64,000 nucleotides of DNA, from positions 195,474-259,473 of the forward strand of contig CAVPPQ010000002.1 of the NCBI GenBank assembly GCA_963707395.1. The letters are read 5' to 3'. The notes below the pieces were generated by a model, which was not told where the DNA came from, did not search any database, and worked only from the letters and a program-made list of their open reading frames with translations. Origin of the DNA: an uncultured Chloroflexia bacterium (lineage in GTDB: Bacteria > Chloroflexota > Limnocylindria > Limnocylindrales > CSP1-4). This document shows, one piece after another, positions 9,896 through 19,711 of this stretch. The number at the start of each line of letters is the position of its first letter. Positions within the stretch are counted from its first letter, which is position 1. The position numbers and the translations under genes are program-made.

Positions 9896-11188
9896 ATGAC
9901 CAGATTCGGAACGATGTGGCGCAGGGGCTTCGTGCTTGCCGCGAGCCTGGCGCTGCTGGCGAGCGTGGTTCCGGCCGCGACCTTCGCCCAGGACGACGCT
10001 GCTGGCGAGGTCACCGTGATGACCTACTTCAGCAAGGACCTCGGCGAGACGGCGCTCAAGGAGCTGCTGGCCCAGTTCGAGGCCGATTCGGGCGTGACGG
10101 TCAAGTTCGCCGATGTCGGCCACGAGGACTTCAAGACCGGCATCCTCATCCAGCTGGCCGGTGGCAACCCGCCGGACGTGCACTCCAACTGGGCTGGCGC
10201 GCGTACCGCCTTCCAGGTCCAGAACGGCATGCTGGCCCCGATCGACGAGATGTGGGCTGCCAACGAGCTGGACAGCCAGTTCCCGCAGGGCCTCATCGAC
10301 TCCGCGGCCACCTATGACGGCACCAAGTACCTGCTGCCGCTGGGGTATCACTACGCGGGCATGTTCTACAACCCCAAGACCTTCGAGGCCGCCGGCATCG
10401 CCGTGCCGACCACGTGGGACGAGTTGAAGGCCAGTTGCGACGCCTTCAACGCGGCGGGCATCGTACCCATCTCGCTGGGCTCCATGAACCGCTGGCCAGC
10501 CCAGTTCTGGTTCGACTACCTGCTGCTCCGCACCGCGGGTCCGGAGTATCGCGCCAAGCTCATGGCCGGCGAGGCCATGTACACCGACGCCGAGGTCGTG
10601 CGCGCCATGGAGCTCTGGGCGGAGCTCGCCAACGCCAAGTGCTTCACGCCCGACGCCAATGCGTTCGACTGGACCGATGCTGCCGACCAGGTGGCCAACG
10701 GTGAGGCAGCCATGAACCTCATGGGCACCTGGATCACCGGCTACTGGAACGGCAACGGCCTGGTCGCGGGCACCGACTACGACTTCTTCGAGTTCCCCGT
10801 CATCGACGAGGGCGTGAAGACGGCCGTCGTCGGACCGGTCGATGGACTCGTGTCCGCTGCCGGAGCTGTGAACCCCGAGGCGGCCATGCAGCTGCTGGCG
10901 GCGCTGGCGACGCCTGAGGCGCAGACCGCCTGGGCGGTCGGCCAGGGCGCTCTGCCGCCCAACGTCAACGCTGACAAGTCGCAGTTCAACGAGGTCATCC
11001 TCAAGGCCCTCGACGTGGTCGCCGCGTCGGAGACCTACAACTTCAACTACGACCTGGCCACACCGCCGGCTCCCAGCGAGGTCGGCCTGGACATGTTCCA
11101 GAAGTTCGTGGCTGATCCGACGCAGGACATCAATGCCCTGCTGACCGAGACCGAGACCGCCGTCGCGGCGGCCTTCGCCAACCAGTAG
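9896..11188 (+). CDS. ABC transporter substrate-binding protein, family 1 (carbohydrate type)
   Basis: ATG 6 nt after AGGAGG. Signal peptide MTRFGTMWRRGFVLAASLALLASVVPAATFA, then a sugar-SBP-like sequence. The ORF track starts it too early. Confidence 0.8.
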   Translation: MTRFGTMWRRGFVLAASLALLASVVPAATFAQDDAAGEVTVMTYFSKDLGETALKELLAQFEADSGVTVKFADVGHEDFKTGILIQLAGGNPPDVHSNWAGARTAFQVQNGMLAPIDEMWAANELDSQFPQGLIDSAATYDGTKYLLPLGYHYAGMFYNPKTFEAAGIAVPTTWDELKASCDAFNAAGIVPISLGSMNRWPAQFWFDYLLLRTAGPEYRAKLMAGEAMYTDAEVVRAMELWAELANAKCFTPDANAFDWTDAADQVANGEAAMNLMGTWITGYWNGNGLVAGTDYDFFEFPVIDEGVKTAVVGPVDGLVSAAGAVNPEAAMQLLAALATPEAQTAWAVGQGALPPNVNADKSQFNEVILKALDVVAASETYNFNYDLATPPAPSEVGLDMFQKFVADPTQDINALLTETETAVAAAFANQ

Positions 11189-11239
11189 AGCGTGGGGGCC
11201 GCGTCTCGCCTGATGAGGTGCGGCTCCACGACCTCGATG

Positions 11240-11266
11240 CCGGGGTGGTGCTGGCCGCCATCCCGG
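11240..11266 (+). promoter_or_regulatory. intercistronic stem-loop (9-bp stem CCGGGGTGG/CCATCCCGG) between the SBP and permease genes
   Basis: Near-perfect inverted repeat 52 nt after the SBP stop. A common position for mRNA-stabilising or partial-terminator hairpins in ABC operons. Confidence 0.25.
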
Positions 11267-11343
11267 CATCGGCACCTCACGCGCGGAATACCATCTGGCT
11301 CAGGAGATATGGGGACCGTCGGACCGCACACCGAGATGAGCGC

Positions 11344-12222
11344 ATGACCAGGGGCAGCCGCTTCTCGCTGGTCCTCATGGCGGCCGGCCCGCTGGCCTTC
11401 TACGCCATCTTCGTGCTGCTGCCGCTGTTGCAGTCGCTGCAGATCAGCACGTGGAGCTGGAACGGACTCGGCGAACCCGTCTTCATCGGCCTCGACAACT
11501 ACACCCGGGCACTCAACGATCCGCTCTTCATCGGGGCCTTCCGCAACACGGCGCTCTGGCTCGTGGTGGCCGTCACGGTGCCCACGGTGCTGGGCCTGCT
11601 GCTGGCCGTCCTCCTGGACCGGCCTCTGCGGGCAAGCCGCGTCTACAAGTCGGCCTTCTACATGCCCGTCACGCTCTCGCTGGTGGTCGTCGGACAGGTC
11701 TGGATCTGGATCTACCAGCCTGACTGGGGCCTGCTCAACAGCGTCCTCACGGCCCTCGGCCTGGAGGGTCTGACCAGGGCCTGGCTGGGCGACCCGCAGA
11801 CGTCCCTGGCCGCGGTCATCGTGGCCTGGTGCTGGCAGCAGACGGCCCTCTCGCTGATCCTCTACCTGGCGGCCCTGACGACGGTGCCAAGGGACCTCCT
11901 GGAGGCGGCAGCCATCGACGGCGCCAACGCCTGGCAGCAATTCCGTCGCATCATCGTGCCCCTCCTGCGGCCGGCCTCCGTGGTGGTCATCTCACTGGCC
12001 GTCATCAACACGCTGAAGGGCTTCGACATCGTCTTCATGCTCACCAAGGGCGGACCATTCCACACCTCGGACAACCTGGCCATGTTCATGTACTCGGAGA
12101 CCTTCTTCAAGTACCAGATGGGCTACGGCGCGGCCATCGCGACGGCCCTCTTCATCCTGGCCATCATCGTCATCGTCATCTACTTCCGACAGGCGCGGGC
12201 CTCGGAGCGCATCTATGGCTAG
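11344..12222 (+). CDS. ABC transporter permease (MalF/UgpA-like)
   Basis: 6-TM permease with EAAxxDGA motif (LEAAAIDGANAWQQFRRI). Start at the internal ATG of ORF 11218..12222. Confidence 0.8.
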   Translation: MTRGSRFSLVLMAAGPLAFYAIFVLLPLLQSLQISTWSWNGLGEPVFIGLDNYTRALNDPLFIGAFRNTALWLVVAVTVPTVLGLLLAVLLDRPLRASRVYKSAFYMPVTLSLVVVGQVWIWIYQPDWGLLNSVLTALGLEGLTRAWLGDPQTSLAAVIVAWCWQQTALSLILYLAALTTVPRDLLEAAAIDGANAWQQFRRIIVPLLRPASVVVISLAVINTLKGFDIVFMLTKGGPFHTSDNLAMFMYSETFFKYQMGYGAAIATALFILAIIVIVIYFRQARASERIYG

Positions 12223-13168
12223 CCTCACCGGCAGCGGGTCCGTGACACCACCGGCGCCGGGTGGCATCGCGCCAACCCTGACCGTGAAGCCTGCCGATGG
12301 CGCGCGGCGTGCCCGGCCCGTGAGCCGCTCCGTCCTCCTCCACGGCTTCATCCTGGTCATCCTGATCATGTACGCAGCTCCGATGATCGGGGTCATGCTG
12401 ACGTCGCTGCAATCCAACGCCGAGATCGCTGCCCGGGGTGTGTGGCACATCCCGGAGAACGCCTCGCTGGCCAACTTCGGTGACGTCCTCGCCAACACGC
12501 CCCTGCCTCGCTACCTGCTCAACAGTTTCCTGGTGACGATCCCGGCCACCTTCTTCTCCGTGTTGGGCGGCGTGCTGCTGGGCTACGTCTTCAGCCAGTT
12601 CCGTTTCCCCTTCGCCGAGCTCCTCTTCCTGGCGGTCATCGCGGGCATGTTCTTCCCGCCCCAGGCCATGCTCATCCCGCTCTTCCGGCTCTTCAACTCG
12701 CCGATCGAGATCGCCGGCTTCCAGGTCCTGCCCGTCCTCTACGACACCGTCTACCCGATGATCATCATCCATGTCGCGCTGGGCCTCGCCATCACCACAC
12801 TGTTGTTGCGCAATTTCATGAGCGCGCTTCCATCCGGGTTGCGCGAAGCCGCGATCGTCGATGGCGCCGGGGAGTGGTCGGTCTTGTTCCGCGTCATCCT
12901 GCCGCTGCTCCTGCCGGCGCTCGCGGTGCTGGCCACGCTGCAGTTCACCTGGATCTGGAACGACTTCCTGTGGCCCCTCGTGCTGACACGATCGGAGGAG
13001 GCCAAGACCGTGATGGCCGGCATCAACGCCATGAAAGGGCAGTACAACGTGGCCTGGGCCAGCCAGGCGGCCATGGCCGTCATCGCCAGCATCCCGACCA
13101 TCGTCATCTTCGTGCTCTTCCAGCGCTACTTCATCGCCGGCCTGACGATGGGCTCGGTGAAGGAGTAG
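12215..13168 (+). CDS. ABC transporter permease (MalG/UgpE-like)
   Basis: EAA motif (LREAAIVDGAGEWSVLFRVILP). Overlaps the upstream permease by 8 nt. Confidence 0.8.
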   Translation: MASLTGSGSVTPPAPGGIAPTLTVKPADGARRARPVSRSVLLHGFILVILIMYAAPMIGVMLTSLQSNAEIAARGVWHIPENASLANFGDVLANTPLPRYLLNSFLVTIPATFFSVLGGVLLGYVFSQFRFPFAELLFLAVIAGMFFPPQAMLIPLFRLFNSPIEIAGFQVLPVLYDTVYPMIIIHVALGLAITTLLLRNFMSALPSGLREAAIVDGAGEWSVLFRVILPLLLPALAVLATLQFTWIWNDFLWPLVLTRSEEAKTVMAGINAMKGQYNVAWASQAAMAVIASIPTIVIFVLFQRYFIAGLTMGSVKE

Positions 13169-13241
13169 GCCGCCAGTCGTCCAGTCAGCCCGCCGGCCGG
13201 CCCCACGGCCAGCACAGCCAACCAGCCAGGAGGGGGTTCCC

Positions 13242-14333
13242 GTGACCGCAGCCGTCGAACGCATGAGGGTGGCCATCATCGGGCCCGGCCGCATCAGCGA
13301 CCTGCACGCCATCGAGTACGTGAAGTCGCCCTACACGCAGATCGCGGCCGTCTGCAAGCCGGACACGGCGGGGGCGCTGGCCCGGGCACGCAGCTGGGGC
13401 ATCGAGCCGGAGAAGGTCTACGCCGACTGGCAGGACTGCCTGGCCGACGACTCGATCGACGCCTTCGAGGTGCTGCTGCCTCACAACATGCACCTCGAGG
13501 TGGCCCTGGCGGCCCTGGCGACGGGCAAGCACCTCTCGATCCAGAAACCGGTGGGCTTCACGGTGGCCGAATGCCAGCAGTTCGTGGAAGCGGCAGATGC
13601 CGCCACGGCGCGCGGGCAGGTCGTGCGGGTCTTCGAGAACTTCCTCTTCTACCCACCCGTGGCCAAGCTGGTGGAGATCGTGCGCGCCGGCGAGATCGGT
13701 GACGTGCTCTCCATCCGCCAGAAGTCCCTCTCGGGTGATCCGACCTGCGGCTGGGAGGTGCCCGCCCGCGCGGCGGAGTGGCGCTTCGACCTGGATCGTA
13801 ACGGCGGCGGCCCGCTCGTCTTCGACGATGGCCTGCACAAGTTCAGCATCTTCTGGTCGATGCTCGGCGTGGCCGACGAGGTCCACGCCTGGATCGGCTC
13901 CACGCCGGTCGAGGGCGGGGCGCTCGATTCGCCGTCAGTGGTCTCGCTGCGCTGGGCCTCCGGGGCGGTTGGCGCGCTGGAGGTCGTCAACGCGCCCAAG
14001 CTGCAGGTGCAGTCGATCTTCTACTCGCAGGATGACCGCGTCGAGGTCAGCGGCACGAAGGGCGTGGCCTGGGTCAACCGCGGTCACGGCAAGATCCAGG
14101 AGCTGCCGGCGCTGCAGGTCTACAAGGACGGGCGCACGACCGACTACGAGGATCTGCCCAGCGAGTGGGACAGCAGCTTCATCCTGGCCACGCGCGACTT
14201 CATCGAGGCCGTGCGAGAGGGCCGCAGCTCCCTGCTGACAGCGGCGCAGCACCTCGAGGTGCTCTCGACGGCGCTGGCAGCGCAGATCTCGGCTCGCGAG
14301 GACCGGGTCGTCCGTCCGTCCGAGGTCGGCTGA
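13242..14333 (+). CDS. Gfo/Idh/MocA family oxidoreductase
   Basis: N-terminal Rossmann fold VAIIGPGRIS; GTG start after AGGAGGGGG. Confidence 0.8.
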   Translation: MTAAVERMRVAIIGPGRISDLHAIEYVKSPYTQIAAVCKPDTAGALARARSWGIEPEKVYADWQDCLADDSIDAFEVLLPHNMHLEVALAALATGKHLSIQKPVGFTVAECQQFVEAADAATARGQVVRVFENFLFYPPVAKLVEIVRAGEIGDVLSIRQKSLSGDPTCGWEVPARAAEWRFDLDRNGGGPLVFDDGLHKFSIFWSMLGVADEVHAWIGSTPVEGGALDSPSVVSLRWASGAVGALEVVNAPKLQVQSIFYSQDDRVEVSGTKGVAWVNRGHGKIQELPALQVYKDGRTTDYEDLPSEWDSSFILATRDFIEAVREGRSSLLTAAQHLEVLSTALAAQISAREDRVVRPSEVG

Positions 14334-14384
14334 TCCTGGAGGCTGCCCCGGAGCGGGCGAGGTGGCGCTCCGAGGGGCGGGCGG

Positions 14385-15029
14385 CTACGTGGCTGACACG
14401 ACCTGTCGTCGCGCCTGGAGAGCCGCGCGCAGCGCGTCGTCCGCGATGGTGTCGAGATCGAGCGCGGCGGACGCGGCTGGGTGGGTCAGGGCCGGCAGCA
14501 GGATCTCGTCGGGCAGATCAGCGACGATCTCGGCCATGGTGCGGTGGGCGACCCGGGAGATGAGGCTGAGGCGCTCTCGGGACGCGCGCTGCGGCTCCTG
14601 CCGATGTGCCGGGAAGCCCTGCCCTCGGGCGTCCGTGAAGAGCTGGTCGAAGAGCAGGCGCAGGTTCTCGTCACCGGCCCAGCCCCAGCCCTGGTTGAGC
14701 GACAGCGAGATGACGTTGCCGGCGTTGATGCGGGCGAAGAGGAACGCGTCCAGCGACGTGAGCAGGTGCCCGCAGGTGACGCCCGGGTACTGCATCACGG
14801 CGTTCATGTAGCCCTGCCCCGTGCCGCACCCGCCGACGACCAGGTCCACGCGGCCGGCCGCCAGCAGCAGCGCGGAGATGAGGCCCGTGTGGATGTACTG
14901 CAGCTCCGGCTCTTCGCCCTTCTCCGCCATGCCGGCGTTGACGACGTCGAGGCCGCGGCCTTCCAGGGCGGACATGATGTCAGCGTGCTTGTCGACCGCG
15001 CTGGTCTCGTTGACCACTGCCACGCGCAT
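14385..15029 (-). CDS. RpiB/LacA/LacB family sugar-phosphate isomerase (extended C-terminus)
   Basis: Conserved LVVGGCGTGQG active-site block; 214 aa versus about 150 aa for classical RpiB. Confidence 0.7.
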   Translation of the reverse strand: MRVAVVNETSAVDKHADIMSALEGRGLDVVNAGMAEKGEEPELQYIHTGLISALLLAAGRVDLVVGGCGTGQGYMNAVMQYPGVTCGHLLTSLDAFLFARINAGNVISLSLNQGWGWAGDENLRLLFDQLFTDARGQGFPAHRQEPQRASRERLSLISRVAHRTMAEIVADLPDEILLPALTHPAASAALDLDTIADDALRAALQARRQVVSAT

Positions 15030-15137
15030 CGTTCAGGGCTCCTTCCACGGGCTGAGGGGATCGATCCGTCGGTCAGACGGGCCAGCGGGCCAGCGGGCCA
15101 GCGGGCCGAGCATAGCGCGGTGATAGGCTCGCCGACG

Positions 15138-15779
15138 ATGAGCGACACGCACTGGCCCGACTACTACACGGTGACCGCCGAGCGACCCGCCTGGGCGACC
15201 GTGACCCGCGCTGCCGAGGCCTTCCCCGACCTGGCTCCCGGGTCGCGGCCGAGACTGGCCGTCGACCTTGGCTGCGGCGCCGGGCGGGACACCCGCGAGC
15301 TGCTGCGCCGCGGCTGGCGCGTCATCGCCATCGATCGCACGCCCGAGGGCATCGAGATGCTCCGTCGCCTGACGCCTGGTCGCGACCGCTCACGCCTCCG
15401 GGCCCACGTGGCGGACGTGGCCGACTTCGAGATCCCGGCCTGCGACCTCGTCAACGCCAACCTCATCCTGCCCTTCCTGCCGGCGGTCGCGTACGCGGCC
15501 ACATGGCAGCGCATCAGGGACGCACTCGGCCCGGGCGGCCGCTTCAGCGGCATGCTCTTCGGGGACCGCGACCAGGCGGCGAGCGACGAGCCGGACATGA
15601 CCTGCCCGACCCCGGAGGTCATCCGTGGACACCTCGCGGGATTCGCCATCGAGCACTGGGACGAGAAGGAGGAGGACGGCCACACGGCCCTCGGAGAAGC
15701 CCATCACTTCCATCTCATCGAGGTCGTGGCCGTGCGCCTGGGCGACGCGGCCTCGACCGCGGGCGGGCTGGTCGGGTAG
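15138..15779 (+). CDS. class I SAM-dependent methyltransferase
   Basis: Motif I VDLGCGAGRD and acidic motif II. Start at the internal ATG of the long ORF. Confidence 0.7.
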   Translation: MSDTHWPDYYTVTAERPAWATVTRAAEAFPDLAPGSRPRLAVDLGCGAGRDTRELLRRGWRVIAIDRTPEGIEMLRRLTPGRDRSRLRAHVADVADFEIPACDLVNANLILPFLPAVAYAATWQRIRDALGPGGRFSGMLFGDRDQAASDEPDMTCPTPEVIRGHLAGFAIEHWDEKEEDGHTALGEAHHFHLIEVVAVRLGDAASTAGGLVG

Positions 15780-15780
15780 C

Positions 15781-16623
15781 ATGCCGTCGATGTCAGACAC
15801 CACGCCCGCCGTGACCATCGGAACGGGCGAGCCCGCCCCGCAGGCGTCGCCGCCGGTCGCTGCGCCTCCGGCTTTGCCGGTCGTCGTGCCGCCCAGCCTG
15901 CCGGTGGCCGAGCGGGTTGCCCTGGCAGAGGCCGCCCCCGGCATCGAAGAGTTGTTCCGCTTCGCCCGAGAGGCCGAGCTGCGGGTGCGCAGCCTGCGGA
16001 TGACCATCGAGGAGCGACTCGAGAGTGCGCGGGGCCCAGAGGTCAGCCGCCACGAGGTCTGGCTCCGCCACCCGGGCCAGGCTCGCGTGACGACCCGCCG
16101 CGACGACGCCATGCCCTCGCGTGACTACGACGTCTGGCTCCTGGACGACGGCACGGTGACGACGTACCTGGCCGCCCGCAACGTGGCCAGCAGGCGTCCG
16201 CTGGCACGTCATGTCGTCGGCGTGGGCGGCCCGGACCTGCCCGCGTATGCGCGCCAGCGCGAACCACTCACGGCGCTGCCGTCGGGCAGCCTGGCGGACA
16301 CCTTCGTGCATCCCCACGGCCTCTTCCGCAACGTCCTCGTGACCGGCCCGTTGGCGGTCTCCGGCACCCGCTCCGTCGGCGGGCGCGAGGCCATCGTCGT
16401 GCGCTCGGACCACCCGCGTGCGTCCAAGGTCCTGGTCGATCGTCCGGACCGCAGCATCGAGGTCGGGATCGACCGTCAGCTGGGCTTCGTGGTCCTCTTG
16501 CGCGAGACGATCGCGGACCGCGTGACACGCCAGGCGGAGGTCACCGAGCTGGCCGTCGACCCGCCCGTGCCGCCGTCGGCCTTCGAGCTGCACCTGCCGG
16601 CCGACGTTCGGATGCTCTACTGA
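15781..16623 (+). CDS. hypothetical protein with Ala/Pro-rich N-terminus
   Basis: ATG at 15781 immediately after the methyltransferase stop. No motif recognised. Confidence 0.45.
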   Translation: MPSMSDTTPAVTIGTGEPAPQASPPVAAPPALPVVVPPSLPVAERVALAEAAPGIEELFRFAREAELRVRSLRMTIEERLESARGPEVSRHEVWLRHPGQARVTTRRDDAMPSRDYDVWLLDDGTVTTYLAARNVASRRPLARHVVGVGGPDLPAYARQREPLTALPSGSLADTFVHPHGLFRNVLVTGPLAVSGTRSVGGREAIVVRSDHPRASKVLVDRPDRSIEVGIDRQLGFVVLLRETIADRVTRQAEVTELAVDPPVPPSAFELHLPADVRMLY

Positions 16624-16649
16624 ACGACCTCGTCCGAAGCGATGGCCTG

Positions 16650-17267
16650 GTGCGCTGCGGCTGGGCCGGCGACGACCCGCTGATGGTCGCCTACCACGAT
16701 GACGAGTGGGGCCGGCCGGTCCACGACGAGCGGTGCCTGTTCGAGATGCTCTGCCTGGAAGGCGCGCAGGCGGGTCTCTCGTGGGCCACGATCCTGCGCC
16801 GCCGCGACGGCTACCGGGCAGCCTACGAGGGGTTCGATGCGGAGCGCATGGCGACCTGGGACGATGACCGCCAGGCACGGCTGCTGACCGACACGCGCAT
16901 CATCCGCAATCGCGCCAAGGTGCGCGCTTTCCGCGACAACGCCGCCGCCGTGCTGCGCCTGCGCGCGGACGAGGGCGGGCTGGGTGCCTGGCTCTGGTCG
17001 GCGGTCGGCGGTGCGCCGATCGTCAACCGCTTCAGGCACCTGACCGACGTGCCCGCGCGGACCCCGCTCTCGGATGGCCTGTCTCGCGACCTGACGGCGC
17101 GGGGCTTCCGTTTCGTCGGCCCGGTCATCGTCTACGCCTACCTGCAATCGGTCGGCGTTGTCAACGACCACCTGCTGGGCTGCTTCCGGCACCCGGAGTC
17201 GGATGCCGGGGATGTCGCGGCGCCGCTAGGATGGACCGGGCAGTCGAACCCGCCACTGCCGGCTTGA
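16650..17267 (+). CDS. tag: DNA-3-methyladenine glycosylase I
   Basis: YHDDEWG, FEMLCLEGAQAGLSW and zinc-site residues typical of Tag. Confidence 0.8.
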   Translation: MRCGWAGDDPLMVAYHDDEWGRPVHDERCLFEMLCLEGAQAGLSWATILRRRDGYRAAYEGFDAERMATWDDDRQARLLTDTRIIRNRAKVRAFRDNAAAVLRLRADEGGLGAWLWSAVGGAPIVNRFRHLTDVPARTPLSDGLSRDLTARGFRFVGPVIVYAYLQSVGVVNDHLLGCFRHPESDAGDVAAPLGWTGQSNPPLPA

Positions 17268-17289
17268 GCGTGGGCCATCCGGGACGTCG

Positions 17290-18096
17290 ATGGGCAAGCG
17301 GTCCAAGGAGAAGGTCAGCAAGAAGGAGCGTCGGCGAGTCGAGGCTGCCGCGCTCGCCAGGTCGACCTGGCTCACGGAGGCCGCGGGCCTGACCTCGGCA
17401 CCCGGTGGCCGGAGCATGGCGCCAGCCGGCCTGACAGCGGCGCCAGCCGGCCTGACCTCGGCGCCAGCGTCCGTCAGCGCGACGGCATCCAACGGGGTGA
17501 CCGGGCCTTTCACGGATATCGGGCCCGACGCGGCCCCGGATGCCCGGACCACCAGCGCGGCCCGACCGACGGGCGCGGATCTCCGCACGGTCGAGGTCGC
17601 GACTCCGCCGACCACCGTCGACGCCACGGAGTTGGCCGCCCGGTTGGCCAGCCTGAGCACCATCCTGCAGCGCGACCTGGGACGCGCTGACGCCGGAGAC
17701 GGACTCACCCGGGCTCGCCTCTCCGCCCTGTCGCTCCTCGTCCTTGGCGGGCCACGCACGCTGGGCGACCTGGCCGCCGCTGAGCACGTGCGCCCGCCGA
17801 CCATGACCCGCCTCATCCACGCCATGGAGGCAGACGGCCTGGTGGTCCGTGAGCCTCACCCCACTGACGGCCGCTCGATCATCATCCGGGCCACGGCCGG
17901 TGGCGAGGGCCTCCTCGGTCACGGCCGCGCGCAGCAGATCGCCTCGTTGGCAGGGGCCATCGCCGACCTTGATGACGTCGACCGGGTGCGCCTCGCCGAT
18001 GCCGCGGACCTCCTTGGCCGTGTCCTGTGGTCTGCGGGCCGGGAGACCTCCGACCGAGGGACCGTCGACCGGGGGGCCTCCGACCCACCCACGTGA
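17290..18096 (+). CDS. MarR family transcriptional regulator with low-complexity N-terminal extension
   Basis: C-terminal winged-helix region (…LGDLAAAEHVRPPTMTRLIHAMEADGLVVREPHPTDGRS). N-terminus contains APAGLT repeats encoded by a 21-bp DNA repeat at 17419-17481. True start is uncertain. Confidence 0.65.
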   Translation: MGKRSKEKVSKKERRRVEAAALARSTWLTEAAGLTSAPGGRSMAPAGLTAAPAGLTSAPASVSATASNGVTGPFTDIGPDAAPDARTTSAARPTGADLRTVEVATPPTTVDATELAARLASLSTILQRDLGRADAGDGLTRARLSALSLLVLGGPRTLGDLAAAEHVRPPTMTRLIHAMEADGLVVREPHPTDGRSIIIRATAGGEGLLGHGRAQQIASLAGAIADLDDVDRVRLADAADLLGRVLWSAGRETSDRGTVDRGASDPPT

Positions 18097-19286
18097 CGAA
18101 CGCCACGGGCTCCACCCCGCGGGATGCGGCCAGCGGAAGCGCGCCGGCGCGCCGCACCGAGCTCGCCGTCTGGCTGGCGCTCATCGTGGCCCTGGTAGGC
18201 CTGCTCCAGGCGGGCACGCCGCCACGGGTCACGGTCCTGTCACTCATCGTCGTGGCGGCCACGCTGGCAGCCTCGCTGCGCTGGCGGATCAGCGGGGTCG
18301 CCGTCATCGTGCTGTTGGCCGTCGGCGTCGCACTCCGCCTCTCGCCCGCGACCGGGTCCAGTGACGTGCTGCTCACGACGGAGGCCGCCATCCGGGAGAT
18401 GCTGGCCGGAGGCAGCCCCTACGGCCACGGCTTCGCGGAATCGATCCCGCCCGGCGCGCCGTTCGCCTACGGGCCGGTGGCGCTCCTCTGGTACCTGCCC
18501 AGCCTGGAGCGGCCGGGGTCGATGGAGCTCCTGGCGTCGCTCGTGGTGCTGGGCTTGCTGGCCCTCCGCGGCCGGCCCTTGGGGCTGGCCATCTACGCCG
18601 TGACGCCGGCCTTCGTGGTCTCGGCGAGCGACGGCTCCAACGACACCACCGCTGGCCTGCTGCTCCTCGTCGCCCTGTTGACGGCCGTGCGCCGGCCGGT
18701 GGCCGGGGCCGTGCTGCTGGGTGTGGCGACGGCCTTCAAGCCCTACGCGCTGGCCTGGCTGCCCGGGCTCATCGGCTACGCCGGGTCCGCGTGGCCCCTG
18801 GTGGCCTTCCTGGGAGCGTCAGCCGTGGCCTGGCTGCCGGCAGTCGTGGCGTGGGGACCGGAGTCCCTGCTGTGGTCCTTCCGACAGGCGGACGCGGTCC
18901 ACGCCCGGCCCTACTACTCGTTGGCCTATGGGCTGGGCAGCCCGGAGAACGTCCCGAAGGCCGCCTGGCAGGCGCTGCGGGTGGCGGCCGGTGTGTTCCT
19001 CGCCGTGCTCAGCCTGCGCCTGGTGCGCTCGGCCCCCTCGCTGGTCATCGTCGGCACGCTCGTCTTCGGCGCCACGCTGTTCCTCGGCTACTGGAGCACC
19101 TTCGCCTACCTGGCCGCCGTGGCACCCGTGCTCTGCTGGCATCTGGACGACTGGCTGGGCCTGGGGGCGCAGCGCATCGCCTGGCCGGGCGACCCGGTGC
19201 GCGCCGTCACCAGGTGGGCCGATCGGCGCTGGCCGGTAGCCCATCCGGGTCATGGCCAAGCGGTGTCGATCGTGTCCACGCGGTAG
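18093..19286 (+). CDS. polytopic membrane protein, GT87/DUF2029-like glycosyltransferase family (putative)
   Basis: About 10 TM segments. GTG at 18093 overlaps the MarR stop. Family assignment is from general resemblance only. Confidence 0.5.
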   Translation: MTNATGSTPRDAASGSAPARRTELAVWLALIVALVGLLQAGTPPRVTVLSLIVVAATLAASLRWRISGVAVIVLLAVGVALRLSPATGSSDVLLTTEAAIREMLAGGSPYGHGFAESIPPGAPFAYGPVALLWYLPSLERPGSMELLASLVVLGLLALRGRPLGLAIYAVTPAFVVSASDGSNDTTAGLLLLVALLTAVRRPVAGAVLLGVATAFKPYALAWLPGLIGYAGSAWPLVAFLGASAVAWLPAVVAWGPESLLWSFRQADAVHARPYYSLAYGLGSPENVPKAAWQALRVAAGVFLAVLSLRLVRSAPSLVIVGTLVFGATLFLGYWSTFAYLAAVAPVLCWHLDDWLGLGAQRIAWPGDPVRAVTRWADRRWPVAHPGHGQAVSIVSTR

Positions 19287-19348
19287 AATCCGAGCCTCCG
19301 AGCAGAGACCCGCAGCGTGCCGTGCGCTGCACAAGGCCGGAGGGTGCC

Positions 19349-19642
19349 ATGTCCGCGATCGGGATCGGCCTGCTCATCATCGCCAACGCGGCTGACTACC
19401 TCACGTTCCTGCCCATGGTGGCGCGCCACGGGCTCCGGGCAGAGCTGAACCCCATCGTCGTGGCCCTTCTGCGCGACCACGGGCTGCTGCTGCTGACCCT
19501 GGCCAAGGTCTCCGCCGTCCTGCTGGTGGCGTCGACCTTCCTCATCGTGGGGCGCACGCGGCCGCGGCTGGCGGGCGCCATGCTGGCAGTGGGCATCGCC
19601 ATCGGCAGCGTCGGGGCCCTCTCCAACATGGCGACCCTCTGA
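19349..19642 (+). CDS. small membrane protein (97 aa), DUF5658-like
   Basis: ATG after GGAGGG. Three hydrophobic segments. The rest of ORF 18791..19642 overlaps the preceding gene and is discarded. Confidence 0.45.
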   Translation: MSAIGIGLLIIANAADYLTFLPMVARHGLRAELNPIVVALLRDHGLLLLTLAKVSAVLLVASTFLIVGRTRPRLAGAMLAVGIAIGSVGALSNMATL

Positions 19643-19711
19643 GCCGCCTTGCGGCGCGGGGGGCTGAACTCTCCGCGGCCCGGGCGTTCCCGAACTCCCA
19701 GCGCGCGGCCG

